Under the pieces are notes generated by a model. The model worked only from the letters and a program-made list of their open reading frames with translations, was not told the origin of the DNA and searched no databases. Made by a program: the position numbers and the translations under genes. Positions 37,709 through 48,487 of a DNA stretch of 64,000 nt are shown in pieces. Each line of letters starts with the position of its first letter. The first letter of the stretch is position 1. Origin of the DNA: Octopus vulgaris (lineage: Eukaryota); assembly GCA_951406725.2 (NCBI GenBank), contig OX597831.1, positions 25,606,001-25,670,000 on the forward strand, given 5' to 3'.

Positions 37709-37746
37709 TCTTTCTGTTGAAGAGCGTAGGCTCGAAACGTTAAAGA
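37709..37746 (+). ncRNA. Minimal type-I hammerhead ribozyme motif (variant core) in the PLE 3' region
   Basis: TCTTT CTGTTGA A GAGC-GTAG-GCTC GAA ACGT T AAAGA: stem I TCTTT/AAAGA, stem II GAGC/GCTC, palindromic stem III ACGT. Confidence 0.65.
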
Positions 37747-38703
37747 CTTGTTTTATTTATATTTCCTGAGCGCCATACTAATACAATTGTTCGTTTGTTT
37801 TCCACCTGCCTTCGTCTTTTGTTTATTTTCATAAAGCTTCCCGTTATATATATATGTATGTGTGTGTGTATACATTTGTGTGTCTGTGTTTGTCTGCCCA
37901 ACATCGCTTGACAACCGATGCTGGTGTGTTTACGTCCCCGTAACTTAGCAGTTCAGCAAATGAGACCAATAGAACGATAGAATAAGTACTAGACTCACTC
38001 ACAAAGAATAAGTCCTGGGGTCGATTTGCTCGACTAAAGGCGGTGCTCCAGCATGGCCACAATCGAATGACTGAAACAAGTAAAAGAGTAAAAACTACAC
38101 AGTGTAGCAAACAACAGAAATCCATTTACATTTATGTAAGAACTGTCAAGGCCTATTTAACCCTCAGTAAGAATATTAAAGTAAAAGTCTGTCTACAGAG
38201 CCAAGACTAATGTAGTGAGTCCTTGTAACTTCTCAGTTCTGACAGTCTGATGCTATCAGAGATCCATTTTGACATTCAATTAATTCAATTAGACACATAA
38301 CTTTTACACTTGAAATATTTTACCCCACCAAAAGATAACGTGATTTAGTGAGTGCATGGTGTAGACATACACACAAATGTTTCTTTCCATTTTTGACTAT
38401 TCCTACTTTTTAGCTGTTCTGGAACGAAGTCGCAAAAAATTTTGAATTGAATTGTAAATGTGGGATAACAAGAGAAAGAGAGTTGATGGGGGTATGGCTG
38501 TGAAGAAATATTCATAAAAGACATGTATCAGTTCTATAATTCAGCTAGACATATTCTGATTTCAACATTGATGACATTTTCTTGAGACTTCTCTGGTATT
38601 TTTTTTATTGAAAGCAGGGAGGTTATTTTTCTCATTTTTTAAATATTTTTCCAACTTATTTTCGTCTTTGCAAATGTATGTCAGTTAATAATAGTAATAA
38701 TAA

Positions 38704-38921
38704 GGGCGGCATTAGTACGGCGGGCGAAATGCCTGGCGGTATTTCATCTGCCGTTAGGTTCCGAGTTCAAATTCTGCCAAGGTCAACTTTGCCTTTCATC
38801 CTTTCGGGGTCACTTAAATAAGTACCAGTTGCACACTGGGGTCGATGTTATTGACTTAATCCCTTTGTCAGTCCTTGTTTGTCTTCTCTATGTTTAGCCC
38901 CCTGAGGGCAATAAAGAAATA
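38704..38921 (+). mobile_element. Family B SINE
   Basis: GAGTTCAAATTC, GCCTTTCATCCTTTCGGGGTC core (resembles the MetaSINE domain), tail TAAAGAAATA. Confidence 0.85.
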
Positions 38922-38944
38922 AATAATAGTAATTATAATAATAA

Positions 38945-39400
38945 TCCTTTCTACTATAGGCACAAGGGCTGATATTTGAGTGAGGAGGGGACTAGTTGAT
39001 TACATCAACCCCAGAGTTTCACTGGTACTTAATTTATTGACTCTAAAAGTATGAAAGGCTAAGTCAACCTCAGCAGAATTTGAACTTAAAACATAGCAAT
39101 GGGCAAAATACTGATAAGCATTTCACCCCATACCAACAATCCAGCCAGCTCACTAACTTAATAATAATACGTTTCTTTACTACCCACAAGGGGCTAAACA
39201 TAGAGGGGACAAACAAGGACAGACACACGGATTAAGTCGATTACATCGACCCCAGTGCGTAACTGGTACTTAATTTATCAACCCCGAAAGGATGAAAGGC
39301 AAAGTCGACCTCAGCGGAATTTGAACTCAGAACGTAGCGACGGGCGAAATACCGCGAAGCACTTCACCCGGCGTACTAACGTCACTGCCAGCTCGCCGCC
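38945..39400 (-). mobile_element. Two tandem family B SINEs (older 38945-39160, young 39171-39400)
   Basis: GGATGAAAGGCAAAGTCGACCTC..GAATTTGAACTC...GCCAGCTCGCCGCC on +, separated by (TAA)n. Confidence 0.85.
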
Positions 39401-39465
39401 TACTACCTTAATAATAATAATGATGGTGATGGTGGTGCTGATGATGATGACGACGATGATGATTT

Positions 39466-39760
39466 GACATAGAAAGAATTTGGAGCATGCAAAGTAAAGA
39501 TCATGCCTGTAATAATTGATGTGTTGGAAACGGTAAGCCAAGTTTTAGACAAATGGCTGAAGGAGATTGAAATAGAATGCCTGGTGGAGCTCCTACGAAA
39601 ATTTGTCTCTTAGAGAGAGCAAGGATTATCAGGAGGGTTCTAAACACTTGAAAGACTGCTGGAAACTTGTGGGTACCTAATGTTACAGATAGTAACCCGA
39701 TACTCACATAAATTCTACAAGGAATAAGACCAAACCTGAGCCCAACCAAAAATAATAACA
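39466..39760 (+). pseudogene. R4/Dong-clade LINE 3' end (frameshifted RLE C-terminus + 3' UTR)
   Basis: Manual translation: IERIWSM / KVKIMPVIIDVLETVSQVLDKWLK / IEIECLVELLRK / CLLERARIIRRVLNT* (TGA 39649-39651). Matches the P+++GALG.V...KWL...LQK..LLGTARI+R+VL consensus. Ends AATAATAAC. Confidence 0.75.
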
Positions 39761-40310
39761 ATTTCTAAATATAATATAAGAGCAACACAAATATATCACA
39801 ATATGTTAGAAATTCAACTCAAACAGAATAATAATGAGCACCACCACAATCCCTTCCATCACCGCAACAACATTCGTACATTTCTTTAATAGACACCAAA
39901 ACAAAAAGAAAGCATTAAAATACAACTAAATAACAGAATATTATAACATACAATAGACTGACATATATAAATTGGATGTTATGTGTGTGTGTGTGTGTGT
40001 GTGTGTAGTTATATGGGGGTAATAATTCTTGATATCATTATTTACAGAATAGCTTTGTTGACAGATGAATTAAAATGTGTATTATGTATGGTAGGTCAAG
40101 TCACTTTAGATCTCATTACTCAAAGTTTTAAGCCTAGGGGTAATTCTCAAACGAGGATGGATGTTTGGTGATGAGAGTAACAGAATAATAAGGTAACACA
40201 ATATTCAGAGAAGCCTGATGCAGTCTTCTGGCTTGCCAGTGCCTATCAAACCACCCAATCCAAACCAACATGGAAAATGGACATACAATAATAATAATAA
40301 TAATAATAAT

Positions 40311-41032
40311 CATGTCTTGGTATAAAAGATGGGCTACAGCAAATATTCTGCTCAAAACCTATTTCTTTACTACCCACAAGGGGCTAAACACAGAGGGGAC
40401 AAACTAGGACAGACAAACGGATTAAGTCGATTATATCGACTCCAGTGCGTAACTGGTACTTAGTTTATCGACCCCGAAAGGATGAAAGGCAAAGTCGACC
40501 TCGGCGGAATTTGAACTCAGAACGTTGCGGCAGACGGAATACCACTAAGCATTTCGCCCGGCATGCTAACGATTCTGCCAGCTTGCTGCCTTATTCTGCT
40601 CAATACCACAGATTTACTTGTCAGTTGTTTGACCTTAACCAGTTGATCATGTCCCTTTGTGGCTGACGATATGTGCATCTCTGATCACAAGTAGAAGTAG
40701 TGGGGGAGCACCATAGCTATGTGTGGCAGGGGATTCTTGGAGGTCTGGATAATTCACCTTTGGAAACATGGGTGTTTCGTTCAACATCCTTAAACAATCC
40801 TTATTCAGGGACCTTTTGAGCGGGATGGGCTACTCAACCAGAAGAAAATTCTAACTGGACCCCACCTGCAAGGTCATGAGCTGTTTATCTTGAGATCACC
40901 ATGTCGCATACAAATGGTTGTGATGCATGTACCTGGTGTACCCTTATCAGACGGGTAGTCATGATGGGTATATTGGGCTTCGTATATTTTACCCCAGTGT
41001 CACTTTGATGGCATGAACTGCTCTCTCACTCC
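40311..41032 (+). mobile_element. Family F (TAA)n-flanked element, interrupted by a family B SINE
   Basis: (TAA)n on both sides. Colinear with 41333-41783. Confidence 0.85.
40360..40591 (-). mobile_element. Family B SINE with 16-bp TSD
   Basis: TSD TATTCTGCTCAAWACC at 40344-40359 and 40592-40607. The empty site is seen in the F copy near 41360. Confidence 0.92.
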
Positions 41033-41047
41033 ATAATAATAATAATA

Positions 41048-41089
<42 letters not shown>

Positions 41090-41111
41090 GTTATTATTAT
41101 TATTATTATTA

Positions 41112-41175
<64 letters not shown>
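41033..41175. repeat. (TAA)n switching to (TTA)n
   Basis: Tail-to-tail junction of F (+) and a family B fragment (41185-41310, -). Confidence 0.9.
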
Positions 41176-41176
<1 letters not shown>

Positions 41177-41332
41177 TTTTTTTTCTGCTATAGGCACAAG
41201 ACTTGGAATTTGGTGGGAGGGGAGTGGTTGGTTACATCAACCCCAGTGTTTCACTGGTACTTAATTTAGTGAACCCAAAAGGATGAAAGGCAAAGTCGAC
41301 ATCAGTGGAAATAGTAAAAACAATGATATAAC

Positions 41333-41783
41333 TGGTATAGAATATGGGCTACAGCAAATATTCTGCTCAATACTACAGATTTACTTGTCAGTTGCTTGAC
41401 CTTAACCAGTTGACCATGTCCCTTAGTGGCTGACGATATGTGCATCTCTTATCATGAGAAGTAGTGGGGGGAGCATCATAACCATGTGTCGAGGGGAATT
41501 CTTTAGGGTTTGAATAATGAGTGTTTAATTCATCATTTTTAAACAAACCTTATTTAGGAACTTTTTGAGCAGGATGGGCTACTTGACTTGAAAAAATTCT
41601 AACTGGACCCCACCTGCAAGGTCATGTGTTGTTTATCTTGATATGGGATCACTATGTCATGCACATATCGTTGTGATGCATGAGCCTGGTGTTCCCTTAT
41701 CAGACAGGTAGTCATGATGGATATACTGGGCTTGCATATTTGTATCCCGGTTTCCCTTGATGGCATGTGCAGCTCTCTCTCTT
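41333..41783 (+). mobile_element. Family F second copy
   Basis: ATGGGCTACAGCAAATATTCTGCTC...TGATGGCATG...GCTCTCTCTCTTAATAAT. Confidence 0.85.
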
Positions 41784-41926
41784 AATAATGATAATAATAC
41801 AATATTATACAATATAAAAGGACAAGATAGTCAATGGTGGAACTTTTTGTTAATCTTAGACCTATGAAATCAGAGTTGGCTACAGCTAAACACCAGTAAT
41901 ATTAGCAGCAAATATTTTTGTGATAT

Positions 41927-42356
41927 ACTCTCTTTACTCTTTTACTCCTTTACTTGTTTCAGTCATTTGACTGCGGCCATGCTGGAGCACCACCTTTAAT
42001 CAAGCAACTCGACCCTGGGACTTATTCTTTTGTAAGCCCAGTACTTATTCCACCAGTCTCTTTTGCCAAACCACTAAGTAACGGGGACATAAACACACCA
42101 GCATCAGTTGTCAAGCAATGCTAGGGAAACAAACACAGGCACACAAACACACACATACATATATACATATACATATATACATATACATATATACGACGGG
42201 CTTCTTTCAGTTTCTGTCTACCAAATCCACTCACAAGGCTTTGGTCAGCCCAAGGCTATAGTAGAAGACTCTTGCCCAAGGTGCCACACAGTGGAACTGA
42301 ACCCGGAACCATGTGGTTGGTAAACAAGCTACTTACCACACAGCCACTCCTGCACC
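41927..42356 (-). mobile_element. Family A SINE
   Basis: Full length. Confidence 0.9.
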
Positions 42357-43197
42357 ATATATATATATATATGTAAGATAAATTGGATGAGCCATGGGGA
42401 TAGTGATGGAGGTGGTACAGAGTTTATGACAAGCAAAAGCTATTTAGAGTCAGAAAGACAAAGTAGTAAATATCATGAAGAGACAACAGATATAGAGTTT
42501 AGTTTGCGTCTTAGAACACTTGATTGCTGCAATTGTCTGTGAGGGCAGAGCACTTTTAATCAGATCATAAAAGAGATAAATACAGAGAATAATGAACAGA
42601 GAAATGAATAAATGGATGAATGGATGAATGAATGAATATGTAATGCTAGAGTTTCCAACTGAAGCTATGCTGGATGAATAAATAATAATATTTATAGAAA
42701 GTTACAATTGCTTAACAGCAGATATGTTGGACAAAAGTGGTGTGAAGACAATAGGAATTAAAGTACAAATCTATATAACTCTCTCTCTATTTCTCTCTCT
42801 CTACTTTCTTTTCTCTCTCCTCTCTCTGATTCTCTGTATCTATCTCATTATATATATGTGCGTGGTTTTGGATTCACACGTTTATTACAGAGGTTCTTCA
42901 GGTTTTTAAGCCCTGTAAAAGAACTTGGAATGTGGGTCATCCAACCAGGCCTTTCATGATATCCTTACAGTCAGGAACTTTTCATATATATATATATATA
43001 TATTAAGTCTTTGGACCCTGTTTGCACTTCAGGAAATTCCTGCTGGTGTCTTGGGACCCACATGATAACCGAGTAAATTATGAATAATAGCCAAAGGGAG
43101 ACAATCCCCTGTTGTTGATGTAGAGTGACAAAGTTTTTTCCTCCACCATTTTCTAGAGAGGCCACTGGCTACAGAGGCCATGTGCCAACAGGTTTTG

Positions 43198-43257
43198 TGG
43201 TCTGATGACATGCTGTAAAGCTAAGTGCTTTATGGACATGAAACCTGTGGTTATCCC
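43198..43257 (+). ncRNA. Hammerhead-like motif in a (TA)n-flanked insert (~42995-43342)
   Basis: GGT CTGATGA C ATG-CTGTAAAGC taagt GCTTTATGG-A-CAT GAA ACC tgt GGT T ATC. Confidence 0.45.
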
Positions 43258-43340
43258 ATAAACTGGCCTTACCTATCCTTACACACTATACTGCTCTATA
43301 ATTTTGTGTGTTTCTTTTTCAGATTAATGTTTTACCGATG

Positions 43341-43406
<66 letters not shown>

Positions 43407-44130
43407 CCATCCAACCCATGCTAGCATGGAAAGCGGACGTTAAACGATGATGATGATGATGATGATGATATATATATATACACAGACAGGCACATATATA
43501 TATATATACACACATACATATGCACATACAATCACCCATACACACATGCACATATACTTGTGCACAGTGGTTAAGTAAGTTACTTCATAATGATGTGGTT
43601 TTGAGTTTGATCTCAATGCGTAGTGTTTTGCCATCACCTTGGGTTGATCAATGGACGTCAATGATATCTCGTAGCTGGAAATTGTCCAGAAAGTCACCAT
43701 ATACTTACAAATGTGTGTATGTGTTTGTGTGAGAGAGGAAAGAAAGGTAGAGAGGAGAGAGATCCAGAGAAAGTAACTAAGGGATACAAACTTTAGAAAA
43801 ACAGTAAGTTAAGTTAATGATAGCAGTTCTTCATGTCTGAAGATCATGAAGAAAAAGTGGTAAGGCCTAGATGGGAAGTTGACGCTACAACTGCAAAAAC
43901 CCTCCAGTACCTGTAATTTTTGTCTCTTCGCCATTGCTTTTGGGCTTTTCTTCCTGTCTGTACTTAGTATTTTTAAAATGAGGTCAGTCAATGCAATCCA
44001 ATCCCACTCTTTAGACTTGGGGGTCTGTCTGCAGTGATTCAGTGAGCTGAGACAGCTGTGGTGAGCAGCAAGCTGTTGGGTTTATATTGGAGTGGCCTTC
44101 TAGGTGAATACTTATATAGTATTATTATCA

Positions 44131-44545
44131 GGCGCAGGAGTGGCTGTGTGGTAAGTAGCTTGTTTACGAACCACATGGTTCCGGGTTCAGTCCCACTGCG
44201 TGGCACCCTGGGCAAGTGTCTTCCTCTATAGCTTTGGGCCAACCAATGCCTTGTGAGTGGATTTGGTAGACGGAAACTGAAAGAAGCCCGTTGTATATAT
44301 GTATATATATATATGCGTGTCTGGATTTGTGTGTCTGTGTTTGTCCCCCTAGCATTGCTTGACAACCGATGCTGGTGTGTTTATGTCCCTGTTACTTAGC
44401 GGTTCGGCAAAAGAGACCGATAGAATAAGTGCTGGGCTTGCAAAAGAATAAGTCCCGGGGTCGAGTTGATCGATTAAAGGTGGTGCTCCAGCATGGCCAC
44501 AGTCAAATGACTAAAACAAGTAAAAGAGTAAAAGAATAAAAGAGA
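44131..44545 (+). mobile_element. Family A SINE
   Basis: Full length. Confidence 0.9.
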
Positions 44546-44629
44546 GTTGTTCATAGACAAAATTGTAGCATATTCATGTCATAATTTTTTCTATGCAAAA
44601 TGGTATCAGCTGGTTGCAAGTCCTCACTG

Positions 44630-44900
44630 AACAGTTTTATTTCAGAGATTTCCTTCTCCTAGAAGGATCTTCTTCACTACGACTGGTGAGCACTATCTAC
44701 CCTTTACTAAATTGAATGGCTGTTGACTCTCCTGAGCTCCTTTACTCTTTGAGGGGTCTTGTTTTTTATCCTGCAGGGTGTCCGAAATCACCCTCTTCAC
44801 CAAGCAAGCTTGGTGGGGATTACCAGTTCAGTTGCCAGTAACCTGCCCATGCAACTGGTTGTACTGGGTTACATGTTACCAGTATTGCTAGAGTGACTTC
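44630..44900 (-). mobile_element. Possible RTE-type 5' UTR remnant
   Basis: CTAGGAGAAGGAAATCTCTGAAATAAAAC on - resembles a motif recalled from RTE 5' regions. Hairpin TCACCAAGC-AA-GCTTGGTGG. Confidence 0.3.
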
Positions 44901-44916
44901 TGACACACACACACAC

Positions 44917-44982
<66 letters not shown>

Positions 44983-45414
44983 GCTACAGGCTCATTTAAT
45001 GATAAGCATCTAGCATTAAAAATTCAACGAAGTTGAAAATATTTTTTGAAAAATTTAATTAAAAAAGCATAAAAGTGGTATTCCAGCATTGTGTTACTGA
45101 AACAGCAAAAGAATAAGAGAATATATTGGTATATGTGTGTTGGTCAAAGACGCCAGTTTGTGTGAAGTTGATCAGTGCAAATTTTGCTGTGTTTGGGTAG
45201 TTGAGTGCAAGTATTGGCACATGTCGGTTTTCGGTGCAAATATATATCCTTTGAATCTGTTTACAGGAAACATTTTGAATATGTAGATAAAAGCTCCTGT
45301 TTTTATTATGCCAGCTACAGTCAAATGATGCTAACTAGTGATACTAGATTTTTGGGGTCATACCGAGCAGTACCAATATAATGTAGGATAAATATAGTAA
45401 TAATAATAACAATA

Positions 45415-45500
45415 ATAATAATAATAGTCCCTGTATGAAATTTATAAATATTTTAATATTTTAATATTTTATAAACTCCATCCAAGGATTATCATTATTA
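45415..45500. repeat. AT-rich imperfect inverted repeat between (TAA)n and (TACA)n
   Basis: ATAATAGTCCCTGTATGAAATTTATAAA ... TTTATAAACTCCATCCAAGGATTATCATTAT. Confidence 0.7.
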
Positions 45501-45610
45501 CATACATACATACATACATACATAAATAATACATACATACATACATACATACATACATACATACATACATACATAGTACATACAAGGGTGAGTGAAAAAG
45601 TAGTGCCATT

Positions 45611-45712
45611 TTGTTTCATGTCTTCAAATGACATTCGTCAGGTGGATTTCCGATTTTCAAATCAGTTTCAATTTATGAATGTCATTTGAAGACATGAAAC
45701 GATTGTAGTGGC
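45611..45712. ncRNA. Head-to-head inverted pair of hammerhead motifs
   Basis: - strand: CCAC CTGACGA ATGTC atttgaa GACAT GAAAC. + strand: TTTATGA ATGTC atttgaa GACAT GAA ACGATTGT A GTGG. Confidence 0.55.
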
Positions 45713-45901
45713 GGTTTATTTACTTTCTATTAAAATTTTATGTATTGATTAAGTATTTCCTTGTTTGTTTTGCAAAATAGTGGTTTTGTCTCGAATTAAT
45801 ATTATATACATATACATATATATATACATACATATATATATATATATGTATATGTATATATATATATATGCATATGTATATATATATATATATATATATG
45901 T

Positions 45902-46080
45902 ATCATCGTCGTTTAACGTCCGTTCTCCATGCTAGCATGGGTTGGACGGTTCAACCGGGGTTCTGGGAAGCCAGAAGGCTGCACCAGGCTCCAGTCTAAT
46001 CTGGCAATGTTTCTACAGCTGGATGCCCTTCCTAACGCCAACCACTCCGTGAGTGTAGTGGGTGCTTTTTACATGCCACC

Positions 46081-46083
<3 letters not shown>
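45902..46083 (-). mobile_element. Family C element inside (TA)n
   Basis: CATCGTCGTTTAACGTCCG...GGATGCCCTTCCTAACGCCAACC. Confidence 0.85.
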
Positions 46084-46165
<82 letters not shown>

Positions 46166-46773
46166 GTATGTATATATATACACATCTCTACAATATTATA
46201 AGGATCTTAAGTTCTCAAGATTACATAAACAAAAAATAAACATGGGGAAATGAAAATACAATTCCAAAATGACACCAGTTTTTTTGTTTTTCCAGTTTTA
46301 CTGCCATTTATGATTTTATTCACAAATCTAAAGCTTGTTTGATGTCTCACCATTGATACAAGCTCTAGATACTTGACTGAGAAACGTTGAACCCTCGAGC
46401 ATGAAAACTAACATGAGAGCCCCCATTATGTTTATATATGTATGTAATAGCAAAAGTGTCAGTAAGTGCTGCTTTGTGCGTGTAGGGTTCGGTGAGTGCT
46501 ACTCGGTGCAAAAATGTGCATGTTTGTTGATAGGTGCATATCAGTAAATGCCTCTTATTATACGTTTTTGTATGAAAGAATCAAGAATCAGGAAGATAAT
46601 TTATATAATTTACATAGCATTTATAGAAGAATTTGAACATTTCTTTCTATAACACTTCTTTATCTCTGTTTATCTAGTTGTCTGTTTATCTATTTATCTA
46701 TCTAGTTATTTTATCTAGCCATTAACAATCCATCTATCAGTCCCTCCTTTATCTGACTTTCCCTCCCTTTTTA

Positions 46774-46824
<51 letters not shown>

Positions 46825-46976
46825 CTTTATTCCCATTCATTCCATCTCACATCTTATTTCCCAATATTTTAATCCATCAAATCAATTTTTCTCAACTCTC
46901 TGAACCTCTTCCTCCTCCTTTGACCATGTATTTCACCCCCCTCTCTCTCTCTAAATACATGCATATATATATATAC

Positions 46977-47007
<31 letters not shown>

Positions 47008-47112
47008 TATACACGCAAACCTATATATACACACATATACACATATATGTGTGTGTGTGTATAACTTTCCCCATCCCTCTCTGTCCTTCTATCTACCTCC
47101 AGCCCTTATCTG

Positions 47113-47177
<65 letters not shown>

Positions 47178-47213
47178 TATAAATACATATATATAAAGAT
47201 ATATATATATATG

Positions 47214-47259
<46 letters not shown>

Positions 47260-47804
47260 TATATATATATATATGTACACACACACATAAAATTCCTCCA
47301 CTAACACCATCATTACTGAAACATGCCACCACCTAATTTATGCATCGTTCTATCCTCCAGAAGTGCCTTCTAATGTTATCATCATCATCGCCATCATCAT
47401 CCTCATGCTCTTTCTCACCATCATCTTCTCCTCTTCTTCCTCCTCCTCCCCGAATGTTGCTACCTCTTAAACCCAATTACTTTGCCATTTTAAATCCAGA
47501 TACAAATAACTTTCAGCTCATTTTTAATCATTTTGTTGGCTTTTTTTTTTTTGTCTTAATTCTTCCTTTTTTTTTTTTTTCTTATATTTTCTTTTCTTCA
47601 TTTCTCTTTCTTGTACCTGGAATGGGGAAAATAGTTTTTAAGCTTATTTTCGACTCTGCAGTAATTTCGTGTGTCGCATTGCAGACTGGATGTGGTGGAA
47701 CTGGATTGGTTTGAATTTTTTTTAAAAAACAAAAGATCTACAGTTGGCAGAAAATGTTGGTGCCATCATAGAGATGACACGAGAATACAAACCTCTATCT
47801 AAAT

Positions 47805-47950
47805 CAGTGATTCTTAACTGGAGTCCATATCAGACTTTTGGGGGTCCATGCAACAAAATAGTAAAGATCCACAATAGTATTTTAGGGACCTCTGAAAAAA
47901 TTTTGGTTTAGATATGTTTATTGCAAGAATCACTTAGATTTGAGAATCAC
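47805..47950. mobile_element. hAT (Charlie-like) MITE remnant
   Basis: ATCTAAAT|CAGTGATTCTTAA ... TTGAGAATCAC. Confidence 0.5.
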
Positions 47951-48244
47951 CTCTTTCCTTCCTTCTGCAAGTTTTGGAGCCCTTGCTAATATAAACACTT
48001 ATGCATGCTACTGTTCCCTCTCTGCTTAAAGGGTTTTAAAGTGTGTGTGTGTAATAGATATTGTATAATATAGATTTCAATGAAAACAGCCTTCAACATA
48101 TAGTCAGTTTTGTGGTACTTAATCATATGGGAATATTTTTACAAATATTACCAAAGGATCTGACTTATCTATTGTCAGTGGCCACTTAAGATGCTAGAAA
48201 CAGCAACCATATCTCTCATTGATTGACCTGACACTATACTAGAT

Positions 48245-48487
48245 CCCTGCTGTACTCTTTCACCATAACTTTCTCTCACTCTTACTTCCTGTTTCTGTTG
48301 TACCTGTATTTCAAAGGGCCAGCCTTGTCACTCTCTGTGTCACGCTGAATATCCCCGAGAACTATGTTAAGGGTACACGTGTCTGTGGAGTGCTCAGCCA
48401 CTTACACGTTAATTTCACGAGCAGGCTGTTCCGTTGATTCGGATCAACCGGAACCCTCGTCGTCGTAACCGACAGAGTGCTTCCATC
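48245..48487 (+). mobile_element. Family D SINE, 5'-truncated (middle 1 + tail 2)
   Basis: TACTCTTTCACCATAACTTTCTCTCACTC, then TCAAAGGGCCAGCCTTGTCAC...CGACAGAGTGC. Confidence 0.8.

Larger units (their letters stand above)
36111..37844 (+). mobile_element. 5'-truncated Penelope-like retroelement (probably Neptune type)
   Basis: ORF remnant, CT-rich tract, ~120-bp tandem units (37200-37535) and a T-rich 3' region with a hammerhead motif. Flanked on both sides by (TA)n. Confidence 0.88.
35930..38092 (+). mobile_element. Family A SINE split by a Penelope-like element (halves 35930-36110 and 37845-38092)
   Basis: The 5' half ends in (TA)n and the 3' half resumes in (TA)n/(TG)n. Confidence 0.9.

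Noticed and set aside
40660-40705. CTGACGA in family F as a hammerhead core
   Set aside because: No proper stem II followed by GAAA in either copy.
45611-45702. pre-miRNA interpretation of the hairpin
   Set aside because: No recognised mature miRNA. Better explained as an inverted duplication of a hammerhead-bearing element.
47612-47636. AG|GT recursive-splice-like site on - (TTTTCCCCATTCCAG|GTACAAG)
   Set aside because: Weak donor and no evidence for a host intron.
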